A stretch of 32,841 nt of DNA, taken from the NCBI GenBank assembly GCA_964466925.1, contig CAYXPO010000002.1:1-32841 (forward strand). Direction: 5' to 3'. The stretch's first letter is position 1, and each line of letters begins with the position of its first letter. Positions 1-7,469 of this stretch are shown in pieces. The notes under the pieces are model-generated. The model was not told the DNA's origin, ran no database searches, and saw only the letters and a program-made list of their open reading frames with translations. This DNA is from an uncultured Nitrospirales bacterium (GTDB lineage: Bacteria > Hydrogenedentota > Hydrogenedentia > Hydrogenedentales > CAILVY01). A program made the translations under genes and the position numbers.

Positions 1-39
1 GTGAAATGAGGAAGGCCGGTTTCGGACCGGGGATTCGCC

Positions 40-627
40 TCAGAGTTTGTTTTCCTCACCCCGGAGCATCCTCTTGATGTTGGTGCGGTGTTTCACAATG
101 ACCAGCAGGGCCACGGCCGCCGCCACAAGGCGAACGGGCGTGGACAACGGCACGAGGAACGCCGCCGCGCAAACCGCCGCCGCGCCGGTAATCGAACCGG
201 CGCTCACCATGCGGGTGGCCGCCACCACAAGGCCGAATACCACCGCCCCCGCCAGCATCGGCAGGGGTGCAAGCGCCAGGAAGACCCCGGTGCTGGTGGC
301 CACGCCTTTTCCGCCTTTGAATCGCAGAAACAGGGAAAAGGTATGGCCGAGAATCGCGGCCAGGCCGCACGCCAGCGGGAGGTGCGCCCAGTCCCCCAGC
401 CGCGCGAACACCAACACCGGCACAAGGCCCTTGGCCACGTCGCCGGCGAGCGCGAGGGCGCCCAATTTCTTGCCCAGCACGCGCATCGTGTTCGTGGCGC
501 CGATGTTCTTGCTGCCGTGTTCGCGGATGTCCATTTTTCTCAGCCACAGGCCCAGCCACAGGCCCGTGGGAACCGAGCCTAAAACGTAGGAAAGCAGCAG
601 GGCCGTGAGGATCATGATCCCGTTCAT
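40..627 (-). CDS. plsY: Acyl-phosphate:glycerol-3-phosphate acyltransferase PlsY
   Basis: 195-aa multi-pass membrane ORF with the PlsY signature HGSKNIGATN and FKGGKGVAT. Its ATG overlaps the der stop codon in an ATGA junction at 624-627. Confidence 0.9.
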   Translation of the reverse strand: MNGIMILTALLLSYVLGSVPTGLWLGLWLRKMDIREHGSKNIGATNTMRVLGKKLGALALAGDVAKGLVPVLVFARLGDWAHLPLACGLAAILGHTFSLFLRFKGGKGVATSTGVFLALAPLPMLAGAVVFGLVVAATRMVSAGSITGAAAVCAAAFLVPLSTPVRLVAAAVALLVIVKHRTNIKRMLRGEENKL

Positions 628-1973
628 TTCTTGGGCGCTCCTTCACGCAACTCGAGGGTAATGGGCACGCCCGCGAAACCATAGCGCGCGCGCAATTCAT
701 TTTCGATAAACCGCATGTAGCTGAAATGGAACAGGCGTTTCTGGTTGACAAACAACACGAACGTGGTCGGTTTCACGCCGGCCTGGGTGATGTAGTAGAT
801 GCGCGCGGCTTTTCCCTTCTGCGTGGGTGGCTTGTGTTTGGCGCGAACCTCTTCCACAAACCGGTTCAATTCGCCCGTGCCGATCCGCAATTTGGCCGAT
901 TCCGCCACGCGATCAATGTGGTCGAACACCATGAACAGCCGCTGGCGCGACAGGTTTGATATGGTCACATAGGGCACGTGCTTGATATGCGGCATGCGGA
1001 GATCAATCTCGTCCGCCAGCGCCTTGAACCGTTTCTCCTTCTGATCCACCAGGTCCCACTTGGTGAACACCAGCACCATGGCCGTGCCCTGTTCCCCGGC
1101 ATACCCGAGAATGCGCTTGTCCTGGTCCGTCAACCCTTCCACGCCGTCCACCATGATCAGGCATACGTCGGCCCGGCGGATGGCCCGCAAGGAACGCGCG
1201 ATGCTGAAATGCTCGACCTGTTTTTTGATGCCCGCCTTTTTGCGCAGGCCGGCCGTGTCAATCAACAGGTAGTCTTTCCCCTTCCAGTGAAATTCAATGT
1301 CAATGGCGTCGCGCGTGGTGCCGGGCGTGTCGTCCACAATCGTCCGCTCTTCATTGAGAAGGGCGTTGATGAACGACGATTTGCCCACGTTCGGCTTGCC
1401 CACCACCGCCACCCGGGTCACCTCTTTCTCCGGCGCTTCTTCCGGTTCTGCCGCGGCGGGCGGTTCCGCCAGGGGCGCCGTCACGGCTTCCATCAAGGCG
1501 TCGATCCCCAGCCCATGCGTGGCGGAGACCGGAAACGGGTCGCCCAAACCCAGCGAATAAAACTCGACGTACTGTTCCTGCATCGAGAAGTTGTCCAGTT
1601 TGTTGACGGCGAGCACCACGGGCTTCCCGTATTTGAACAGGTCGTCGCGGATTTGCAGGTCCACGCGGGTCAGTTCCTGCTGTCCGTCCACCACAAAGAC
1701 GATCACGCGGGCTTCTTTCAGCGCGGCGCGCACCTGGGTCTGCATCTTGCGCGCGATGGAATCCTCCGGATGCTCCATGATGCCGCCCGTATCCACGATC
1801 CGGAACCGGCGCCCGTTCCATTCGGCCTCCCCGAAAAACCGGTCGCGCGTGATGCCTTCTTCATCGTGGACGATGGCGCGGGCCTTGCCCACGATGCGGT
1901 TGAACAGCGTGGACTTGCCCACGTTGGGACGGCCGCAAACGGCCACCAGGGGGAGCGTGTGTTTACGGGGCAT
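624..1973 (-). CDS. der: Ribosome-associated GTPase Der/EngA (two GTPase domains plus KH-like C-terminus)
   Basis: 449 aa. Two P-loops (GRPNVGKST, GKPNVGKSS), two DTxG motifs (DTGG, DTAG) and two NKxD-type motifs (NKLD, TKWD). Resembles the family over its full length. Confidence 0.95.
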   Translation of the reverse strand: MPRKHTLPLVAVCGRPNVGKSTLFNRIVGKARAIVHDEEGITRDRFFGEAEWNGRRFRIVDTGGIMEHPEDSIARKMQTQVRAALKEARVIVFVVDGQQELTRVDLQIRDDLFKYGKPVVLAVNKLDNFSMQEQYVEFYSLGLGDPFPVSATHGLGIDALMEAVTAPLAEPPAAAEPEEAPEKEVTRVAVVGKPNVGKSSFINALLNEERTIVDDTPGTTRDAIDIEFHWKGKDYLLIDTAGLRKKAGIKKQVEHFSIARSLRAIRRADVCLIMVDGVEGLTDQDKRILGYAGEQGTAMVLVFTKWDLVDQKEKRFKALADEIDLRMPHIKHVPYVTISNLSRQRLFMVFDHIDRVAESAKLRIGTGELNRFVEEVRAKHKPPTQKGKAARIYYITQAGVKPTTFVLFVNQKRLFHFSYMRFIENELRARYGFAGVPITLELREGAPKK

Positions 1974-1985
1974 GAAACGGCCTCC

Positions 1986-2537
1986 TCAGGCCGGGTCCTT
2001 CGCGAACGCCTGCATGCAGCCCGCGTAGAAATAATCCACCAGCGAATAAACGGTAATGGCCAGCGTGGCCATCATCAAATAGGGGGCGAACCACACGCCC
2101 AGCAAAAAGCCGATCAGGGTGCTCATCTGAAAGATGGTCGTGGTCTTCCCGCTCCAGCGCGGCTTCACCTGAATGGGCCCGAAATACTCGTTAATCGCGT
2201 ACGCGCCCAAGACGATGATGATGTCCCGCGAAAGGATGAAGACCGGAAACCACAAGGGCACCACCGGCTCGAAGTGTTCATTGGCCGCCAGGAAAATGAA
2301 GCCCAGATTGACGATAAGCTTGTCGGCCAAGGGGTCCAGGCGCGCGCCGAACAGGGTGCGTTGATTGAACCGCCGCGCCACGTAGCCATCCAGGATATCC
2401 GAGAGCGAGGCCGTGACATAGACCGCCAGCGCGATGTGCCGCAACCATTCGCGTTCGCGGGTGTAACACGCCACCAGCACGATGAACACGGGAATCATCA
2501 TCACCCGGAAGATCGTTATTTTGTTTGCAACCGTCAC
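1986..2537 (-). CDS. pgsA: CDP-alcohol phosphatidyltransferase, PgsA-like
   Basis: 183-aa membrane ORF with a GTG start. Carries the motif D-G-x2-A-R-x8-G-x3-D-x3-D (DILDGYVARRFNQRTLFGARLDPLADKL). Head-group specificity is inferred only from size and the lipid-gene context. Confidence 0.8.
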   Translation of the reverse strand: MTVANKITIFRVMMIPVFIVLVACYTREREWLRHIALAVYVTASLSDILDGYVARRFNQRTLFGARLDPLADKLIVNLGFIFLAANEHFEPVVPLWFPVFILSRDIIIVLGAYAINEYFGPIQVKPRWSGKTTTIFQMSTLIGFLLGVWFAPYLMMATLAITVYSLVDYFYAGCMQAFAKDPA

Positions 2538-2757
2538 GGAACCGTCCGCCTGTGATAAAACTGAAACTTCCTCAAGTACGCCTGCCTACTATACCTTCTT
2601 GAGGGGCCGGGGTCAATATTTCAGGCTATGACACAACGGCCCTTTCCCTGCAAACACTCCAATATCCGGTTACATTTCCCATGGCGGCGCGTACCCCCGG
2701 CGCCTGTTCACTTCACGCCCCTGAAAAGGGGCATTTCGCCAATGGCTCCGCCGGGGA

Positions 2758-3144
2758 TTATTCCACGGGGGCTTCGATGCGCAGATGACGGCGAATCTGC
2801 GCCACCAATTCCGCCGGCATGAACGGCTTGGTGATCAGTTCCACGGCCCCCGCGCGAAGGCTGTGCGCCCGCGCGTCCGGCGTGTGCGCCGAGGATAAAC
2901 AGACCACCGGGATGTGCTGGGTCTGCGGATTGGCCTTAATCTGCTCGCACACCTCGTACCCGCTCATCATCGGCATCATAATGTCCAGCAAGATCAAGTC
3001 GGGTTTCTCCGCGCTGACCAAATCCAGCGCGGCAATGCCATCATACGCATTGAGGGTGTCGAACCCATAGACCTTGAGGGTGCGCTCGATCAGCCCCACC
3101 ACATCCGGCTCATCATCCACTATCAATATCTTAGGCTTAGCCAC
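2758..3144 (-). CDS. Stand-alone response-regulator receiver (CheY-like REC) protein
   Basis: 128 aa. Acidic pocket ILIVDDEPD, phospho-acceptor context LILLDIMMPMMSGYE and conserved Lys context ITKPF. No output domain. The GTG start at 3144 overlaps the stop of the upstream PilZ-like ORF by 8 nt (GTGGCTAA on the minus strand). Confidence 0.9.
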   Translation of the reverse strand: MAKPKILIVDDEPDVVGLIERTLKVYGFDTLNAYDGIAALDLVSAEKPDLILLDIMMPMMSGYEVCEQIKANPQTQHIPVVCLSSAHTPDARAHSLRAGAVELITKPFMPAELVAQIRRHLRIEAPVE

Positions 3145-3652
3145 GGTTCCTCCCGGTACGGCGTACGCCGTGGTCGTCCACGGTTAAATCCATCAACGAA
3201 TACATCCGCGTGCCCATCCGCCGGCGGGGACGCTGCGGCTCGCGGGTAATCATCCGCTGCTCCTGAATCCGCCGTATCTTGGCCACGCGAACCTTGATCC
3301 CGTGATCCACAAATCCTTCCATACTGCTCGTCATGCGCACAATCCGCGCCTTGATCGGCGGCGACAACGGCACGCGAAACTCTTCATCGCGCATCATCTG
3401 CACCATGATGTCCGTGCCCGTCTCCACCGGGGCGAGCATCCGGATTCTCATTCCATACGGATTCAAATCCATAATCACGCCCTGCAACGTATGCTCCGGC
3501 AACTCTTCACGCCAAACCAGGCAGGGACGGCACACTTCGGTGCGCGGGGCGGTCCGCTGACCCCGGCGGACAGACTTCGCGTCTTTCGACACAAACATCT
3601 CCTCGCCTTTGTTGCGGCGCGTATTTTCCAACGGTGAAACCTTCCTCCGCAT
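3137..3652 (-). CDS. PilZ-like (putative c-di-GMP binding) protein
   Basis: 171 aa from the first ATG (3652); the ORF extends two codons further to a TTG at 3658. RRGQR (RxxxR) is followed 28 residues later by DLNPYG, which resembles the PilZ D/NxSxxG motif with S replaced by N. Beta-rich middle and Arg-rich tail. The family call is by motif only. Confidence 0.55.
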   Translation of the reverse strand: MRRKVSPLENTRRNKGEEMFVSKDAKSVRRGQRTAPRTEVCRPCLVWREELPEHTLQGVIMDLNPYGMRIRMLAPVETGTDIMVQMMRDEEFRVPLSPPIKARIVRMTSSMEGFVDHGIKVRVAKIRRIQEQRMITREPQRPRRRMGTRMYSLMDLTVDDHGVRRTGRNRG

Positions 3653-4129
3653 GGTCAACCTTAGCCTTTTCTCACCCTAGGGCGTGTCTCAGTATAATTC
3701 TTTCCTCAAATAAGCATACCGAAATTAGGATGAAATGTCCAGAAACTTCCAAAACCGCCATACGTGTTAACTCATACCTCTATAGTAATCTTTTCGAGGC
3801 GTTTCGTTACTGCTAAATGTGTAATAGGATACGAAATGATCACCGCGACTTCAACTATCAATAAAAAGGACGGAGTTGAAGGACGCAGTGAAGAAAACAG
3901 CGCGGGAAGGGAAATTGTTGACAAGGGGGAAATCGGAGGCGGTGCCGGATATTTCAACCATGCTTTAGGCTCCGTAAATCCCGCAAAATGACCGGTAAAT
4001 TCGCGTAGAACACTCCGCATGCGGCATCACAAACCCACACGAATACCGACATACAGTTGCTTTGGCCCCTAATCCGCTCTGGTTTAATTGATTTTTTCGG
4101 TTTGGAGGGGATTGGGGGTTTTTGAGGGG

Positions 4130-4149
4130 TTTTCCACAAGTTGTCCACA
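4130..4149 (+). promoter_or_regulatory. Two tandem DnaA-box-like 9-mers (TTTTCCACA AG TTGTCCACA)
   Basis: Each 9-mer is one mismatch from TTATCCACA. They are same-orientation, 2 nt apart, and sit in a 0.98-kb non-coding divergent region. No further good boxes lie nearby, so function is uncertain. Confidence 0.25.
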
Positions 4150-4631
4150 GGTGGGGAAAACGTATTCCCGGAGGTCTTTGGACAGGCGCTTGATAGGCAA
4201 TAAGATATTGTTGCGATTGGATTTAGTACATAGACAGTTCTTTAATGCCGCAGGCGCGGCGGGAGTGGAGAGGTGCGGGATCGGGGAAGTAATCCACCGT
4301 TCTTTTATGGGAGTCGGTAATACTGAAAAAGGAGGGTGAGGGCTAAGTAGTTACGGGGCTTGGAGCTGGGAGGAATTCAGAAGTGCTTGCGCGGCGGGAA
4401 TTAACCATGTAAGGAGGGAAAACGAATCCGTTGGGCGCGAAATACTTTTTGGGCATGGCCGTTTTCTTGGCCGGAGCCTTGTCGGAAATTTATTGACAGG
4501 ATTTGAGAAGAAGCGTAGTTTATGGAGGTGTGTATGGTGGCGGCGGCGCGGACGGAATTTATTTTGGCTGAAAATTTAGTTTCTTTTTGCTAAAAAAAGG
4601 GCTGTTTTTTGCAACGTGGTTGAGGCGGATC

Positions 4632-5183
4632 ATGCGGATCATTGCGGGTCAAGCAAAAGGCATTAAATTGTCGCCTCCACCGAAGGAGTTGGCAATTCGG
4701 CCGACGTTGGACCGGGTGCGGGAAGCGTTGTTCAGTATTTTGATGCCCCGGCTGGAGGGGGCGCGGTTTCTGGACCTGTTCGCGGGGACGGGGGCGAACG
4801 GGATTGAGGCATTGAGCCGGGGGGCGGCGGCATGCGTGTTTGTGGATGGGGATGCCCGGGCACTTAAGCTGGTCCGGGAGAATGTGGTGCGGGCGAAATT
4901 GGAGCGGGGTGCGGAGTGTCTGAAACTGCACATTCCGAAAGACCTGCGCCTCTTGAAGGGACCGTTTGATGTCATTTTCGCGGACCCGCCGTATGCCTTT
5001 GGGGAGCATGAGGGGGTGTTGAAGGGATTGCAGACATACCACCTCCTGGCGCCGGAAGGGGTATTTGTCCTGGAGCATGGGCGTAAAGCGGACCTGCCGG
5101 AACAGGTGGAAAACCTGGTTCGGACCCGGCAGGCGGCCTACGGCGATACTTTGTTGTCGTTTTACGGTTGGAGAACGCCGTGA
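4632..5183 (+). CDS. rsmD: 16S rRNA (guanine966-N2)-methyltransferase RsmD
   Basis: 183 aa starting MRIIAGQAKG. SAM-binding motif DLFAGTGANGIEALSRGA and catalytic FADPPY. GAGG lies 6 nt upstream of ATG 4632. The 15 extra N-terminal codons of the tracked ORF (from a TTG at 4587) are rejected. Confidence 0.9.
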   Translation: MRIIAGQAKGIKLSPPPKELAIRPTLDRVREALFSILMPRLEGARFLDLFAGTGANGIEALSRGAAACVFVDGDARALKLVRENVVRAKLERGAECLKLHIPKDLRLLKGPFDVIFADPPYAFGEHEGVLKGLQTYHLLAPEGVFVLEHGRKADLPEQVENLVRTRQAAYGDTLLSFYGWRTP

Positions 5184-5209
5184 TGCTTTTATTATCCGAA
5201 ACCTTCACC

Positions 5210-5327
5210 CCTTTGGAGTGCGGGAGCTTGCTCCCGCTTTTTCGCAGTTTGCCGCCAACCTAAAGCGGCAGCAAGCTGCCGCAGTCCAAAGGGGGAAACA
5301 GCGGCAGCAAGCTCCCGGAAGCCAAAG
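5210..5327. repeat. REP cluster 1 (one plus-strand copy followed by two minus-strand copies)
   Basis: Copy A, 5210-5242 (+): CCTTTGGAGT GCGGGAGC TT GCTCCCGC TTTTT. Copy B, 5262-5292 (-), in its own sense: CCTTTGGACT GCGGCAGC TT GCTGCCGC TTT. Copy C, 5296-5327 (-), is a degenerate hybrid of the two variants with a mismatched stem. Confidence 0.85.
5220..5242 (+). terminator. Intrinsic-terminator-like hairpin formed by REP copy A downstream of rsmD
   Basis: Perfect 8-bp GC-rich arms GCGGGAGC/GCTCCCGC around a TT centre, followed by TTTTT, 37 nt after the rsmD stop codon. Confidence 0.5.
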
Positions 5328-5542
5328 CAGCAGCTTGCTTTATCATTGTTGAGAATACCACGGCCGCGAAAAAATGCTCTCTTAATCGGTGCAAATTCAT
5401 GGAATCCGTGTTTTCTAAAAGTACCTTCATCACATCTTGGCGGCTTTGCGTGAGTCGCTCAAGCCTCAAGTCTTACGCCTCACGCCTCTCTTGGGTTGCG
5501 GGTGTGCAGCTCTGGGTATACCAATTACCTCGAATTTCCCCG

Positions 5543-5886
5543 TTCCCGCTTATACGGGAATGATGAACTGTAGAATAGGCAAAGTGTAACTTTGCAAACA
5601 AGTGCGTTCCAAAGTAAAACTTTGGAACGAGAGGAAATGGGTGCCGGGATCGGGTATTGGGGAACAACAAGAGGGTTCGGGCTTGAAAAAGGAAAGTCCA
5701 CGCGAAGCCGCCAAGGTGCAAAGAAAAAGAAGTCTTTTATAATTTGGAGGCAAAATGGTTAATGTGTCCCGTCTTTGTGTCCTCACCCCGTCAGGGGTGA
5801 AATGTGAATAGCCGGGGCGTCGAGTCCCCGAGACCCCCGGAAATCTCACCCCTCTCGCTAGATATTCGACCCCGAAGCGGGTCGAA
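5543..5886. repeat. Field of unrelated short palindromic (hairpin) units in non-coding DNA
   Basis: Five hairpins: TTCCCG-CTTATA-CGGGAA (5543-5560); GCAAAGT-GTA-ACTTTGC (5579-5595); GTTCCAAAGT-AAA-ACTTTGGAAC (5606-5628); TCACCCC-GTCA-GGGGTGA (5783-5800); TTCGACCC-CGAAGC-GGGTCGAA (5865-5886). No credible ORF lies between 5340 and 5790. Confidence 0.7.
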
Positions 5887-6657
5887 CAAAAAGAGGGCAA
5901 AGCCTTCTTTCATAGTCACCACCGGGTCGGTTGTGGCGGTATAGGTGCCCGCCGCCACCCAAATTTCTTTATCCAAGGTGGCGGTATTGAGACCTTCCTG
6001 TATCGAACCCAAGGGCGAATCCCAAGAGGAACCATCACCATCGCCTCCTTGCACTACATACACAATCCCGTTGACATCAAATAATGCCGCTACATTAATA
6101 TCGTTTGTCATCTTGCTATCCGTGCGTGGATTGTCGGTTCTTCCGTCACTCCATTGGACGAAATGGTAATGGGGGTTCGGTATGGCCGAGACCTTGCTTC
6201 CGGAACCGCCGCAAACCACTGTCTGCGGAGAAATACCGGAAATGGAGCCGTTGGCGTCCGCGGAATACGTGAGAGTATGTTCACTGGATTCATGCGAACC
6301 AGGTCCTGGGGCGAAGATATCTTCGGAATCGCATTGGGTGTGGTAGCCACTGGAATTGAAGAATTGAATCAAGCGGAGGAGTTCGGAAAGGCTGATGTGC
6401 CAGTCTTGCGGGATGTAATCGCTGTTGTGCGGCGTACAACTCGTATCTCCGGGGCCGGGCGCGAAGCTATCTTCGGTTCCTGTTTCACAATGGAATCCGT
6501 TTGAGTTGAAGAATTGGATGACCCGGAGCAATTCGCTCAGGTTGATGGCGTAATCTTTATCGGTGTCAGCGGAATGGTATTGCGCCAAGGCAGGGAATAC
6601 AACGCACGTCCACGCAACACATCCGATGGCGATACCCGCCATCCTACAGCTAATCAT
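5791..6657 (-). CDS. Secreted repeat protein, probably a 3'-truncated remnant of a beta-helix surface protein
   Basis: 288 aa from ATG 6657, which has a strong AAGGAGG upstream. Signal peptide MISCRMAGIAIGCVAWTCVVFPALAQ. Two tandem modules of about 45 aa (D..INLSELLRVIQFFNS.G.H...ED.FAPGPG). One InlB/Listeria-Bacteroides-type repeat (TLTYSADANGSISG...HYHFVQWSDG). Then the start of a right-handed beta-helix domain (VYVVQGGDGDGSSWDSPLGSIQEGL...EIWVAAGTYT). The family-like sequence stops near 5885 and the last 30 codons read through hairpin repeats. The 40 extra N-terminal codons of the tracked ORF are rejected. Confidence 0.75.
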   Translation of the reverse strand: MISCRMAGIAIGCVAWTCVVFPALAQYHSADTDKDYAINLSELLRVIQFFNSNGFHCETGTEDSFAPGPGDTSCTPHNSDYIPQDWHISLSELLRLIQFFNSSGYHTQCDSEDIFAPGPGSHESSEHTLTYSADANGSISGISPQTVVCGGSGSKVSAIPNPHYHFVQWSDGRTDNPRTDSKMTNDINVAALFDVNGIVYVVQGGDGDGSSWDSPLGSIQEGLNTATLDKEIWVAAGTYTATTDPVVTMKEGFALFLFDPLRGRISSERGEISGGLGDSTPRLFTFHP

Positions 6658-6776
6658 AGGCCCTCCTTTCTCACGGCAAAGCCGCTTTGAGACGTTGCCG
6701 TGTTTCGCACACGTACTATCGCAGGGATTACAAGCCATGGGCATGGGGAAGGAGAATAGCCGGGGCGCCCGGCGCA

Positions 6777-6928
6777 CCTTTGGAGTGCGGAAGCTTGCTT
6801 CCGCTTTGGGTTGGCAGCAACCTGCGAAAAAGCGGCAGCAAGCTGCCGCAGTCCAAAGGGGTGAAAGCGATGGTAAGTTACCACCATCCTAAGGGTAAAA
6901 AGCGGCAGCAAGCTGCCGCAGTCCAAAG
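6777..6928. repeat. REP cluster 2 (one plus-strand copy followed by two minus-strand copies), abutting the RAYT 3' end
   Basis: Copy D, 6777-6807 (+): CCTTTGGAGT GCGGAAGC TT GCTTCCGC TTT. Copy E at 6827-6859 (-) and copy F at 6897-6928 (-) both read ..CTTTGGACT GCGGCAGC TT GCTGCCGC TTTTT in their own sense. F ends 1 nt before the RAYT stop codon. Confidence 0.9.
6897..6919 (-). terminator. Intrinsic-terminator-like hairpin formed by REP copy F immediately after the RAYT gene
   Basis: On the minus strand, GCGGCAGC TT GCTGCCGC is followed by TTTTT, starting about 10 nt after the RAYT stop codon. Confidence 0.45.
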
Positions 6929-7459
6929 TCAGAAGTCGTCAGGGACGGATACTTTGTCCCATTTGAAGGATAGGACGGTGTTACGGAAAGATGCCTTTGC
7001 TTCCCGCATGAACCACGCCATTGAACACCAAGGATACTGCTCCGCATTTTGCACCAAGCCGTGTTTAACGGGGTTGTTGTGAACGTAGTTGAGGCGGGCG
7101 AGATAGCTTTTTTCGAAGGTCAGGCAGGTATCGCGATATTGAAACCATACTTGGCGGCCCGGGGTGTTGTCTTGTACGTTCAGCGCGCGGGCCGTGAGGG
7201 AATGCACAGATTGAAGCATAGGTTTCAGGGTTGTTGCATCTTCGGGCGCATGGGCGACAAGGTGGTAATGGTTCGACATCACGGCCCATGCCTGGAGTTC
7301 CCATCCGAAGGTGGTGGCTTGTTCAAACAGTGCCGAAAGCACCAAAGACATCCGTTCGGGGGTGTTGAGGAGTCGTTTCTTGGCATGTGTGGAGGCTGTG
7401 ATGAAATATGCGGCGCCGGGTACGAAAAGATGTGAGGGTGAATGCGCCCAATGGGTCAT
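6929..7459 (-). CDS. REP-associated tyrosine transposase (RAYT; IS200/IS605-type Y1 HUH transposase)
   Basis: 176 aa from ATG 7459. HUH motif in SNHYHLVAHAP. Catalytic-Tyr region YVHNNPVKHGLV. N-terminus AAYFITASTHAKKRLL is typical of the family. REP clusters flank both sides. The tracked ORF extends to 7519, but those 20 codons (..ESGSKLPHSK..) translate REP copy G. No clear SD precedes either start, so the start is uncertain. Confidence 0.85.
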   Translation of the reverse strand: MTHWAHSPSHLFVPGAAYFITASTHAKKRLLNTPERMSLVLSALFEQATTFGWELQAWAVMSNHYHLVAHAPEDATTLKPMLQSVHSLTARALNVQDNTPGRQVWFQYRDTCLTFEKSYLARLNYVHNNPVKHGLVQNAEQYPWCSMAWFMREAKASFRNTVLSFKWDKVSVPDDF

Positions 7460-7469
7460 GTACGCATCA

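Noticed and set aside
978-2555. Long antisense or shadow ORFs opposite recognised genes. Examples: 978-2555 (+), 7958-9949 (-), 10078-11826 (-), 11992-13656 (-), 14571-15956 (+), 19619-20644 (+), 21923-23491 (+), 24759-25790 (-), 27950-29500 (+), 30491-31378 (+).
   Set aside because: Their translations are Arg/His/Gly/Pro-rich low-complexity strings with no family motifs. The opposite strand in each case encodes a clearly recognisable protein. Such open shadow frames are expected in high-GC DNA.
2718-2733. Hairpin GCCCCT-GAAA-AGGGGC downstream of the receiver gene, considered as an intrinsic terminator.
   Set aside because: On the minus strand, which is the gene's sense, the hairpin is not followed by a U-tract. 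It may still be structural, but I cannot support a terminator call.
4431-4593. Two micro-ORFs in the rsmD upstream region. One is TTG 4431 to TGA 4496 (MGAKYFLGMAVFLAGALSEIY, 21 aa). The other is ATG 4534 to TAA 4593 (MVAAARTEFILAENLVSFC, 19 aa).
   Set aside because: They are too short to evaluate by composition. SD spacing for the first is long (12 nt). There is no conservation evidence. They are mentioned only as candidates for ribosome-profiling checks.
5260-5469. A 69-aa minus-strand ORF whose N-terminal 40 residues (MRLERLTQSRQDVMKVLLENTDSMNLHRLREHFFAA) look vaguely protein-like.
   Set aside because: The C-terminal half is a translation of REP copies. There is no SD and no recognisable motif. 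At best it is a remnant of a disrupted gene.
5691-5699. GGAAAGTCC, which resembles the universally conserved RNase P RNA P4 segment (GAGGAAAGTCC).
   Set aside because: The flanking sequence lacks the other conserved RNase P blocks, such as the GGGTGCCAGGTAAC-type J11/12 region and the ACAGAA..GGCTTA 3' segment, and no compatible helices are apparent.
5812-5829. tRNA T-arm-like hairpin CGGGG-CGTCGAGT-CCCCG, possibly a tRNA fragment or integration-site scar.
   Set aside because: The loop is 8 nt rather than 7. No acceptor stem, anticodon arm or CCA context can be built. The preceding 14-mer recurs at 6754, so this looks like a repeat family, not a tRNA.
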